Of a stretch of DNA of 47,965 nt, positions 1 through 7,427 are shown piece after piece. The position numbers and the translations under genes are program-made. Numbering within the stretch: position 1 is the first letter of the stretch; every line of letters starts with the position of its first letter. Source of the DNA: an uncultured bacterium (GTDB lineage Bacteria > Abyssobacteria > SURF-5); contig CAZEBC010000008.1 in NCBI GenBank assembly GCA_964510165.1, positions 1 to 47,965 on the forward strand, read 5' to 3'. The notes under the pieces are model-generated. The model worked only from the letters and a program-made list of their open reading frames with translations. It did no database searches and was not told the origin of the DNA.

Positions 1-290
1 ACCAGTAGGGAATCCGGAGTGATGAATGATGAGTGATGAATATTAAGATCGGAAAAGTCGCCAATCATTGAACTTTGAACCGGGCCCGGAACCGCGAGTG
101 CACGCGAATGAACGCGAATATTGCGGAGCCGAAACGTTGGACGTTGGGCTAATGAGGGCAGCGAAGCGGGCGAACGCCACAGAGATAGGAACTACTTATA
201 TGCAATTCTAGCAACTATCATGAATGTGAATGTGTCGACCTGACCAAGACCTGACCGCTCATCTTTCGTGTAGTTCAAGGTTTGCCGCGC

Positions 291-319
291 TTGACTTCGC
301 GTTGGGTTTTGGGTAGAAT
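291..319 (+). promoter_or_regulatory. sigma70-type promoter of tRNA-Leu
   Basis: TTGACT (291-296), 17-bp spacer, TAGAAT (314-319); tRNA begins 15 nt later. Confidence 0.8.
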
Positions 320-333
320 TGGGGTGGACAAAC

Positions 334-417
334 GCGGAAGTGGTGGAATTGGCAGACGCGCTGGGTTCAGGGTCCAGTGGGAGTGATCCCGTGGGGGTTC
401 AAGTCCCCCCTTCCGCA
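334..417 (+). tRNA. tRNA-Leu (anticodon CAG)
   Basis: Acceptor stem GCGGAAG/CTTCCGC; D-arm TGGTGGAATTGGCAGAC; anticodon arm CTGGG-TTCAGGG-TCCAG (CAG at 368-370); long variable arm; T-arm GGGGG-TTCAAGT-CCCCC; discriminator A417 followed by CCG, so CCA is not encoded. Confidence 0.97.
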
Positions 418-424
418 CCGTGAG

Positions 425-463
425 GCCTTTCGGGTGGGTTTGCCCGAAAGGCTGTTGTGTTTT
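425..463 (+). terminator. probable intrinsic terminator after tRNA-Leu
   Basis: Stem GCCTTTCGGG (425-434) / CCCGAAAGGC (443-452) followed by T-rich TGTTGTGTTTT. Confidence 0.65.
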
Positions 464-644
464 GGGGAAGGCGAAAGGGATTTATCCACCACAATGGCAC
501 GGTGCGGCAGAGCCGCAGGTTTCGGGTTAAGGGCAACCATGACAGGAGGAATGACTGTAAGCTCTCAACCCGTAACTGGCTTCAGAGCAGATCGCGACGC
601 GGATTCAACAAATCAACGGTTAGCGATGCCGTAGATTGCGATCA

Positions 645-687
645 ACTTATTCGGGGACACCATGCGGCATGGTGTCCCCGAACAAGT
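645..687. repeat. 21-bp inverted repeat (palindromic, REP/MITE-like element)
   Basis: ACTTATTCGGGGACACCATGC-G-GCATGGTGTCCCCGAACAAGT; arms 645-665 and 667-687 pair with one mismatch. Confidence 0.8.
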
Positions 688-697
688 GGGGGAAATG

Positions 698-1469
698 ATG
701 GATCATCGGGAAGTCGGCAGGATATGGGATGAGAATGCGAAGTTGTGGACTCCGCTCGCGCGGGCGGGGTACGACATCTTCCGGGATCACGTGAACACGC
801 CGGCATTCCTTGATATGCTGTCCGATGTGAAGGGGCTGTTTGGGCTCGATATCGGCTGTGGAGAGGGGCACAACACCCGCCTGGTCGCCGAGCGCGGCGT
901 GAGGCTTGTCGCTCTCGACATATCGCGAGTGTTCCTCGGGCATGCGATCAAGATAGAGAAGAAGAGGCCCACGGGCATTCGGTACCTTCATGCGAGCGCG
1001 CCGGAACTGCCGTTTCGGAGTGAGAGCTTTGATTTCGCCGTGGTGACGATGAGCTTCATGGATGCGCCCGAGTACGAGCTCATCGTGAGCGAGGCATGGC
1101 GCGTGCTCAGGCCGGGCGGGTTCCTGCAGTTTTCGATCACGCATCCATGTTTTCAGACGCCCCACTGGAAGTGGGTTTGCGACGAGAGTGGGAAGAAGGT
1201 TGCTGTCGAATGCGGCGACTATTTCGATTCCCCGAAAAGATGAAGTCGAGGAATGGATTTTTCGGGATGCCGAGGATCAGGGGGAATTCAGGGTGCCGGC
1301 ATTCCGGCGCACTCTGAGCGGGTGGCTGAATCTGTTGCTCGCCACGGGCTTCGTGATCGAGCGCGTCTGCGAGCCTCGCGCTGACGAGGGGACGGCCAAG
1401 AAGTATCCCGTCTTGTCAGATGCGCGCATCATGGCGTTCTTTCTGGTCGTTCTCCTTCGCAAGGCGTAG
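698..1469 (+). pseudogene. class I SAM-dependent methyltransferase split by a +1 frameshift near 1230-1243 (pseudogene, sequencing error or programmed shift)
   Basis: N-terminal ORF has motif I LDIGCGEG, VALD, FDFAV and RVLRPGG, and ends GDYFDSPKR*. The overlapping frame (ORF 1188-1469) continues DEVEEWIF...FRRTLSGWLNLLLATGFVIERVCEP, a typical C-terminus for this family. Start 698 chosen from the GGGGG RBS; 662 lies inside the palindrome. Confidence 0.75.
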
Positions 1470-1539
1470 CGACGGCGGCGCATGGGAGCGGCGCGCAAGC
1501 GTGATCCTTCGGCCTTCCAGAAAAAAATCAAGAGGGGTA

Positions 1540-1596
1540 TTGACAGCTTTATATGTGTGTGGTATACTCCTAGCAATTCGATAGGAATACTAGGAG
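1540..1596 (+). promoter_or_regulatory. sigma70 promoter with overlapping inverted repeat (candidate Rrf2 operator)
   Basis: TTGACA (1540-1545), 17 bp, TG-n-TATACT (1563-1568). Inverted repeat TACTCCTA-N9-TAGGAATA (1565-1589) overlaps the -10/+1 region. Confidence 0.75.
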
Positions 1597-1665
1597 CATT
1601 GGCCCGAGCACCCTGGAGACAGAGAAGGTCAGTGGGCTTCTGTCATCCCATAGAGCGAAACAGTC

Positions 1666-1707
1666 CGTGTTGCGTGCTGCGTATTGCGTGTCTCGTGTTC
1701 CGGGTTG
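1666..1707. repeat. degenerate heptamer tandem repeat (6 units)
   Basis: CGTGTTG CGTGCTG CGTATTG CGTGTCT CGTGTTC CGGGTTG. Confidence 0.7.
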
Positions 1708-1805
1708 GGCGGATTGTGCGGGATGTTTTTGGAGAGACGCCGGATGATTGCACTCAGCGCTTCTGTATGTACAACCGATTCAGAATTAAGGAGTTGCATT
1801 AAGTC

Positions 1806-2240
1806 ATGAAACTTACGACCCGCGCACGATATGCGTTGCGCGCCATGATTCAGATTGCTCGCAACAGCGAAGAGGGCAAGCCGGTCAATCTGAGCGACAT
1901 CGCCGCGAAGACGCAGGTGTCGCGGCGATACCTGGAACAGTTGGTGATGCCTTTGAAGAGCGCGTCGCTGCTCAGGGGCATGAGCGGCAAGGACGGCGGC
2001 TATGTGCTCGCGAGGCCGGCCGACCAGATAAGAGTGGGCGAGATTGTGGAGGCGGCGATCGGTCCGATCAATATTGTGGACTGCGTGGAGAATCCGGAGT
2101 CGTGCATGAAGGCGGATTGGTGCGAGTGCCGTCCGCTGTATGTGATGTTGAATGACCGGATTACCGACGCGTTCAATGCGTTTACGCTGGCCGATCTGGC
2201 GGAAGACAGGGTGAAGAGGGACAAGGGGAAGCGGTGCTGA
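1806..2240 (+). CDS. Rrf2 family transcriptional regulator (IscR/CymR-like, Fe-S Cys motif)
   Basis: MKLTTRARYALRAM N-terminus, HTH SRRYLEQL, GKDGGYVLARPA wing, C-x5-C-x5-C-x-C (DCVENPESCMKADWCEC). Confidence 0.93.
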   Translation: MKLTTRARYALRAMIQIARNSEEGKPVNLSDIAAKTQVSRRYLEQLVMPLKSASLLRGMSGKDGGYVLARPADQIRVGEIVEAAIGPINIVDCVENPESCMKADWCECRPLYVMLNDRITDAFNAFTLADLAEDRVKRDKGKRC

Positions 2241-2243
2241 AGG

Positions 2244-2350
2244 GTCTCCAGTCTCTGGTCTCTGGTTTCGGGCTGAAAGAAAAGCAAAGGACAAGACGGA
2301 ACGGATTGATCCGCGGAGGTCATCGGGTTTCGAGTTTCGGGTTTTGGGAT
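2244..2350. repeat. two short heptamer tandem arrays in the intergenic spacer
   Basis: GTCTCCA GTCTCTG GTCTCTG GTTTCGG (2244-2271) and TCGGGTT TCGAGTT TCGGGTT TTGGGAT (2323-2350). Confidence 0.65.
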
Positions 2351-2376
2351 AGAGGCATTAACTCACGGAGGAGAAG

Positions 2377-2940
2377 ATGGAAGCGACAGTGGCCCCGACA
2401 GGCATGGCCTGTACGCCGATTGCGGTCAAGGTGGGCAAATCGGTGATACGGCTACGGCACGGCGACCTGACGGCGTTGCCGGTTGATGCGTTCGTGTTCT
2501 ATGCGCGTGAAGACCTCGAGCTTGGGTCGGGCTATGGGACGGCGATCCAGGTTCGCGGGGGAGCGTCCATCAAGAAGGAGCTTGAGAAGATCGGGCGCAT
2601 CAAGATGGGGGAGGCCGTTATCACCGGCGCGGGCAACATGAACGCGAGGCATATCATTCACGCATGCGGCCCGAAGTTCCAGGAAGCGGACATGGAGGAG
2701 AAGCTTCGGCAGTGCATGAAGTCGTCGCTCAGGGTTGCGGAGGAGGCCGGAATCAAGACGTTGGCGTATCCGCCGATGGGGGCTGGTTTTTACGGCGTGT
2801 CGCTCGAAATGGCGGCGAAGGTGATGCTTGATTGCATCAAATCGTTCCTCGAGCGGGGTTCATCGCTCGAGGAGGTGATTATCTGTGTGATTGACTATCG
2901 CGATTACGTTCCGTTCAAGAAGAAGATGGAAACCATGTGA
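2377..2940 (+). CDS. macrodomain (Appr-1-p/ADP-ribose-binding fold) protein with altered catalytic motifs
   Basis: HGDLT..VDA, GEAVITGAGNM..HIIHACGP and AYPPMGAGFYG are macrodomain hallmarks; GGAGGAG RBS. Confidence 0.9.
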   Translation: MEATVAPTGMACTPIAVKVGKSVIRLRHGDLTALPVDAFVFYAREDLELGSGYGTAIQVRGGASIKKELEKIGRIKMGEAVITGAGNMNARHIIHACGPKFQEADMEEKLRQCMKSSLRVAEEAGIKTLAYPPMGAGFYGVSLEMAAKVMLDCIKSFLERGSSLEEVIICVIDYRDYVPFKKKMETM

Positions 2941-3698
2941 AGAAGGGAGTGGGAACCGTGGGTGTGGAGACAACCAGTCCGTTGCTGCAGTTTGCCGAAG
3001 ACAAGCTTCAGATAATTGCGTTGACGTTCATGGCGGTGGTGTACCTTTTCAAGGTGAGGTGGATACTGAGCTTCAAGGCGGGCAAGGAGCGTCAGGCGCC
3101 GACGGGCAATCCGCGCACGACCGCGAAAAAGGGCGCCGTCTATTCATTGTTCAACATCTTCATGCCGTGGTCAATGCCGAGCACGCGGCAGCAGCCGTTC
3201 TTCTATTTGCAGTTCGGCATGTTTCACGTGGCGGTGGCGACTTCGATCACGATGTCGATCGTGATGCCGTATTTTCCCGATCTTATTGCGGGCGAGCGGG
3301 TGGTGCTGGGTTTGCAGACGTTGTTCGCGCTGGGCTGCCTGGTGGGGCTTGGGCGGTTCATTCGGCGTGTGGCCTCTCCGTATATTCGCGCCATCAGCAC
3401 GCCGGACGATTATTTTTCGGTGGCGCTGCTGACGGTGTGGCTGGCGTTCGCGTTCATGGCGGCGCCGAACAACCGGGCCGAGACCGAATTCTGGCTGCTC
3501 GGCTATTTCTTCCTGACCGCGTTCTTCCTGTTCTATGTTCCGTTCAGCAAGATTTCGCATTACATCTTCTACCCGTTCACGCGATGGTATCTGGGGAAGA
3601 CGCTCGGTCATCGTGGCGTCTATCCGTTGCCGTTCAACCCGAGTCATGAGCCGCTGTCGAAGCTGTTCGCGCGGGTTGAGCCGATCGAGGGAAAGTGA
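2937..3698 (+). CDS. NarI/DsrM/TmcC-like membrane subunit (cytochrome b family)
   Basis: About 5 hydrophobic segments; MFH, RAISTPDDY and YVPFSKISH align with DsrM of this window (AFH, RYISLPADY, YFPFSKLMH). Start is GTG 2937 (overlapping the macro stop) or GTG 2958 (GGGAG RBS). Confidence 0.85.
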   Translation: MKKGVGTVGVETTSPLLQFAEDKLQIIALTFMAVVYLFKVRWILSFKAGKERQAPTGNPRTTAKKGAVYSLFNIFMPWSMPSTRQQPFFYLQFGMFHVAVATSITMSIVMPYFPDLIAGERVVLGLQTLFALGCLVGLGRFIRRVASPYIRAISTPDDYFSVALLTVWLAFAFMAAPNNRAETEFWLLGYFFLTAFFLFYVPFSKISHYIFYPFTRWYLGKTLGHRGVYPLPFNPSHEPLSKLFARVEPIEGK

Positions 3699-3716
3699 TT
3701 TTATAGGGGTGAAGCG

Positions 3717-5432
3717 ATGGTTCAAACACGGTCATACAAATGCGAGAAGGTAATCGAGCGACTGCACAAGAAGGTGAATCGTCAGATATTGGCTTCACTT
3801 GAGGCGTGCGTGCATTGCGGGATGTGCACGAACCAGTGCCATTACGTGCTGACAAACCCCGGCGATGTCACCTATATGCCTTCGTACAAGGCGGACAAGT
3901 TGAGGAAATTTTTCAAAGCGCACATTGATTGGACCGGCAAGGCTTTTCCGTGGTGGGTGGGGGCACGCAGTTTCTATACCGACGAAGAGCTTGAGGAGTT
4001 GAAGGACACGGTGTTCGGCAAGTGCACCAATTGCCGGCGCTGCTCGGTGAATTGTCCGATGGGTGTTGACATGGCGACATTCAACCGTATGGCGCGGGGG
4101 CTGCTGGTGTCGGTGGGGATCATGCCGGAGGGAGTGTCGGTCGTTGCCAAGGACCAGTGGGAGATCGGCAACCAGATGGGCGTTCTCAAGGAGGATTACA
4201 TTGAGACGCTGCAATGGATGGAAGAGGAATTGCAGGGCGAACACAATGATCCAACCATCCGAATACCGATCGACAAGATGGACTGCGACGTCGTGTATTC
4301 GATCAACCCGCGCGAGGTGAAGTATGACCCGCGGACCATCGCTGACGCCGCGCTCATCTTTCATGTCGCGGGTGAGAACTGGACGATGGCCAGCGAAGGT
4401 TGGGACATGACGAATTTCGGATTGTTTAACGGTGACGATGAGCTTGGCGGGGCGGTCGCCAGGCGCTGTTATGAGGCGACTGAGAACCTTCGCGGAAAGA
4501 AACTGGTTATCTCCGAATGCGGTCATGGCTATCGTTCGACTCGGTGTGAGGGCCAGAACTGGGGGCAGAAAGACGTTCCGTTCAAGATGGAAAGTTCGGT
4601 CATCACGATGCTGCGCTACATCAAGGAGGGGCGCATCAAGGTAGACAAGACGAAAAACGCGGAGCCGGTGACGTTCCACGATTCCTGCAACAATGCGCGC
4701 AGTTGCGGGTTGACCGAGGAGCCGCGCGAGCTCCTGAAGCTTGTGTGCATGGATTTCCGCGAGATGTATCCGAACCGCGCCGAGAACTTCTGCTGTACGG
4801 GCGGGGGTGGCGCGATGTCTATGTCCGAGTACACGCCGAGGCGGCTCAAGTCGGCGAGAGTCAAAGCCGACCAGTTACGCGCCACCGGCGCGAAGATCGT
4901 GGTGACCTCTTGCCATAATTGCGTGGACGGGTTGAGCGACTTGATACGGCATTACGAATTGGGGATGAAAGTCACCCAGCTCGTGAACCTGGTTGCGAAC
5001 GCGCTGGTCTTGCCCGAGGCGAAGCCGGCGGCAGTGCCGCATCTGAGCGGTTACACCATTCTTGTGGCCGACGACGAACCTGACACGCTTGCCTTCTTCA
5101 GCACCGTGCTTGAGGACAACGGAGCGCGGGTCATAGTGGCGAAGGACGGAGAGGAGGCCCTGAAACTGGCCCGGTCCGAAAAGCCCGACCTTATCACGCT
5201 GGACATCTCGATGCCGGGAAGGGACGGGGGCGAGGTATTCGAGAGTTTGCGAAAGGACCCCGATCTCTGCACCACCAAGGTGTGTATCATTACGGGAAAA
5301 CCGGAATTGAGACGTTTGATCTATGACCGTCATGTGCCGCCTCCGGAAGGCTACCTGACAAAGCCGCTCGCGGATGAGGAGCTTGTGCTTAACGTGCGTA
5401 AGGTGCTCGAGGCGAGCCACGAAATGAACTGA
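3717..5432 (+). CDS. TmcB/HmcF/DsrK-like HdrD-family Fe-S/CCG protein fused to a C-terminal response-regulator receiver domain
   Basis: CVHCGMCTNQC and CTNCRRCSVNCP ferredoxin motifs; ECGH; CCG domain HDSC..FCCTGGGG..CHNC; from about nt 5052 a receiver domain (ILVADDEPD, DLITLDISMP, IITG, TKP). Confidence 0.9.
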   Translation: MVQTRSYKCEKVIERLHKKVNRQILASLEACVHCGMCTNQCHYVLTNPGDVTYMPSYKADKLRKFFKAHIDWTGKAFPWWVGARSFYTDEELEELKDTVFGKCTNCRRCSVNCPMGVDMATFNRMARGLLVSVGIMPEGVSVVAKDQWEIGNQMGVLKEDYIETLQWMEEELQGEHNDPTIRIPIDKMDCDVVYSINPREVKYDPRTIADAALIFHVAGENWTMASEGWDMTNFGLFNGDDELGGAVARRCYEATENLRGKKLVISECGHGYRSTRCEGQNWGQKDVPFKMESSVITMLRYIKEGRIKVDKTKNAEPVTFHDSCNNARSCGLTEEPRELLKLVCMDFREMYPNRAENFCCTGGGGAMSMSEYTPRRLKSARVKADQLRATGAKIVVTSCHNCVDGLSDLIRHYELGMKVTQLVNLVANALVLPEAKPAAVPHLSGYTILVADDEPDTLAFFSTVLEDNGARVIVAKDGEEALKLARSEKPDLITLDISMPGRDGGEVFESLRKDPDLCTTKVCIITGKPELRRLIYDRHVPPPEGYLTKPLADEELVLNVRKVLEASHEMN

Positions 5433-5513
5433 GCGGGGAAAAGGGAAAAGGCGAAAAACAGAGACGTCGGGGCGGGACACAAACTGCCCGGGACGAATCG
5501 GGGGACTGCCTTC

Positions 5514-6947
5514 ATGGAATTGCCCTATCAGCAATATTTCGAGGCGCTACCCTGTTATGTGACCGTCCAGGATCGGAATTTCAAAATCATTCAAGCCAAC
5601 CGGCGATTCCGCAGGGATTTCGGGGACTTCGAGGACCGTTATTGCTATCAGGTCTACAAGCATCGCTCAGAGAAATGCGAGGTGTGCCCGGTTGACCGAA
5701 CCTTCAGGGACGGGCAGTCTCACGGAAGCGAGGAGCAGGTGAAGTCACTCGACGGCAAGGACGTGTCGGTCATTGTGTATACGACCCCGATCCGCGACGA
5801 GACCGGCGAGATCACGTCCGTCCTGGAGATGTCGACCGACATCACCGAGATCAAGATCCTACAGAAGCAGCTCAAGGAAAGCCAGAGCCGTTACCGGCTG
5901 ATATTCGAAGAAGTGCCGTGCTACATTTCAATTCAGGACAAAGACTTGCGCATCGTGGAGGCGAATCGCCGGTTTAAGGAAGACTTCGGCGACATGTTGG
6001 GCTGTAAGTGTTACGAGGTCTATAAGCATCGCTCCGAGCAATGCTTCCCGTGTCCCGTTCAGGCCACGTTTCAGGACGGCAAGGTGCACCAGAGCGAAGA
6101 AGTGGTCGCCTCCAAGGACGGCGAACCGGTGAACGTGCTTGTGTATACGGCGCCCATTCGGGACGCGGGCGGCGAGATCAGAAGCGTGATGGAGATGAGC
6201 ACAAACATCACACAGATACGCGAACTTCAGTCGCAGCTCACCTCGCTCGGACTGCTTATCGGCTCAATTTCTCACGGAATCAAGGGACTTCTCAACAGCC
6301 TTGACGGCGGCATCTATCTCGTCAATACGGGCCTCGACAAGAACAGGCCGGCACGTGTTACGCAGGGATGGGAGATGGTCCAGCGAAATATCTCACGCAT
6401 CCGGAGCATGGTCCTGGATATCTTGTACTATGCGAAGGACCGTGAGCCGGAATATGAGAGAATCCCCGCCTTGGCCATGATTGAAGAAGTTTGCGGGATG
6501 ATGGAAACCAAGGCCGGGGAGCGAGGGATCGAATTGCGGAGGGAATTCGACCGTGAAGCGGGGAGCTTCGAGGGCGATGCCAAGGCCATCCGCTCGATGT
6601 TGGTCAACTTGTTTGAGAATGCCCTGGACGCATGCAGAGTGGATGACAAGAAGGACTCACACCAAGTCTTTGTGGCGATGGCGGGGAACTCCGATCACAT
6701 AGAATTCGAAATACGCGATAATGGCATCGGCATGGACCGAGAGACCAGGGAAAAAGCCTTCAGCCTTTTCTTCTCCTCAAAAGGGGTGGGAGGCACCGGG
6801 CTGGGCCTGTTCATCGCCAACAAGATCGCACTCGCCCATGGGGGCAAAATCCGGCTTGAATCCGAAATCAATCAGGGTACCCGTTGCCTGGTGAAAATCC
6901 CGAGGGTACGACCGAGAGAGCAACCCGAGGAGTCCTACGCCCTCTGA
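5514..6947 (+). CDS. cytoplasmic sensor histidine kinase with two tandem Cys-rich PAS domains
   Basis: Two similar repeats of about 120 aa, each with CYxxYKHRSExCxxCP; H-box SISHGIKG; N-box NLFENALDA; DNGIGM, FFSSK, GTGLGL. Confidence 0.92.
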   Translation: MELPYQQYFEALPCYVTVQDRNFKIIQANRRFRRDFGDFEDRYCYQVYKHRSEKCEVCPVDRTFRDGQSHGSEEQVKSLDGKDVSVIVYTTPIRDETGEITSVLEMSTDITEIKILQKQLKESQSRYRLIFEEVPCYISIQDKDLRIVEANRRFKEDFGDMLGCKCYEVYKHRSEQCFPCPVQATFQDGKVHQSEEVVASKDGEPVNVLVYTAPIRDAGGEIRSVMEMSTNITQIRELQSQLTSLGLLIGSISHGIKGLLNSLDGGIYLVNTGLDKNRPARVTQGWEMVQRNISRIRSMVLDILYYAKDREPEYERIPALAMIEEVCGMMETKAGERGIELRREFDREAGSFEGDAKAIRSMLVNLFENALDACRVDDKKDSHQVFVAMAGNSDHIEFEIRDNGIGMDRETREKAFSLFFSSKGVGGTGLGLFIANKIALAHGGKIRLESEINQGTRCLVKIPRVRPREQPEESYAL

Positions 6948-7348
6948 TGGCAAGCAACAAGAGAAGAATCCTGACAATTGACGATGAGCCTGATGAGCGC
7001 ATCTATCTTGCCGCCCTGCTCGAGGACAACGGCTTCACAGCTGATACCGCCAAGGACGGAAACGAGGCCCTTGAGAAAGCGCGAGCCAGTCCTCCCGACC
7101 TGATAACACTTGACATCACGATGCCGGAGAAGTCAGGCGTAACTTTCTATCAAGAAATACGAAAAGACCCGAAACTGGGCAAGATACCCATCATAATCGT
7201 GACGGGTGTTACCGGATTGGACGGAGATCCGGAAGAATTTCGTCAATTTATATCTACACGAAAAGATACTCCTCCTCCGGAAGGTTTTGTAACCAAGCCC
7301 GTAGACCAAGAAAAGTTTCTCGAGAAGGTCGCCGAGCTTCTGAGGTAA
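6947..7348 (+). CDS. single-domain response regulator (DivK/CheY-like receiver)
   Basis: ILTIDDEPD, DLITLDITMP, IVTG, TKP; ATG overlaps the kinase stop (TGATG). Confidence 0.92.
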   Translation: MASNKRRILTIDDEPDERIYLAALLEDNGFTADTAKDGNEALEKARASPPDLITLDITMPEKSGVTFYQEIRKDPKLGKIPIIIVTGVTGLDGDPEEFRQFISTRKDTPPPEGFVTKPVDQEKFLEKVAELLR

Positions 7349-7427
7349 GACTCTCGGGATTTCACCTTCTCGGACTCCTGTTGGAGTGGTGCTCCGCCTC
7401 AGCGTTGCTGTCCAAGTCACGTCCCCT

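Noticed and set aside
334-420. tRNA-Leu as integration site of a genomic island carrying the sulfur cluster
   Set aside because: No integrase and no duplicate of the tRNA 3' end found in the window; the loose resemblance at about 12302-12325 is inside aprB coding sequence. Cannot be supported, though not excluded.
415-420. tRNA lacks an encoded CCA
   Set aside because: Common in many bacteria; CCA is added enzymatically.
377-732. ORFs 377-634 and 457-732
   Set aside because: The first overlaps the tRNA and its terminator, the second spans the palindrome; no recognisable motifs.
1575-1805. Long rrf2 leader as riboswitch, and ORF 1482-1802
   Set aside because: Only a weak hairpin and heptamer repeats; no recognisable aptamer; the ORF spans the promoter.
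17-2350. Short repeats as a CRISPR array
   Set aside because: Units are 6-11 nt in tandem without unique spacers; no cas genes.
2937-5432. Calling this pair dsrM/dsrK
   Set aside because: Canonical dsrMK is at 28195-30815; this pair differs in heme ligands and CCG motif (CHNC vs CAID) and has a receiver fusion, so no gene symbol was assigned.
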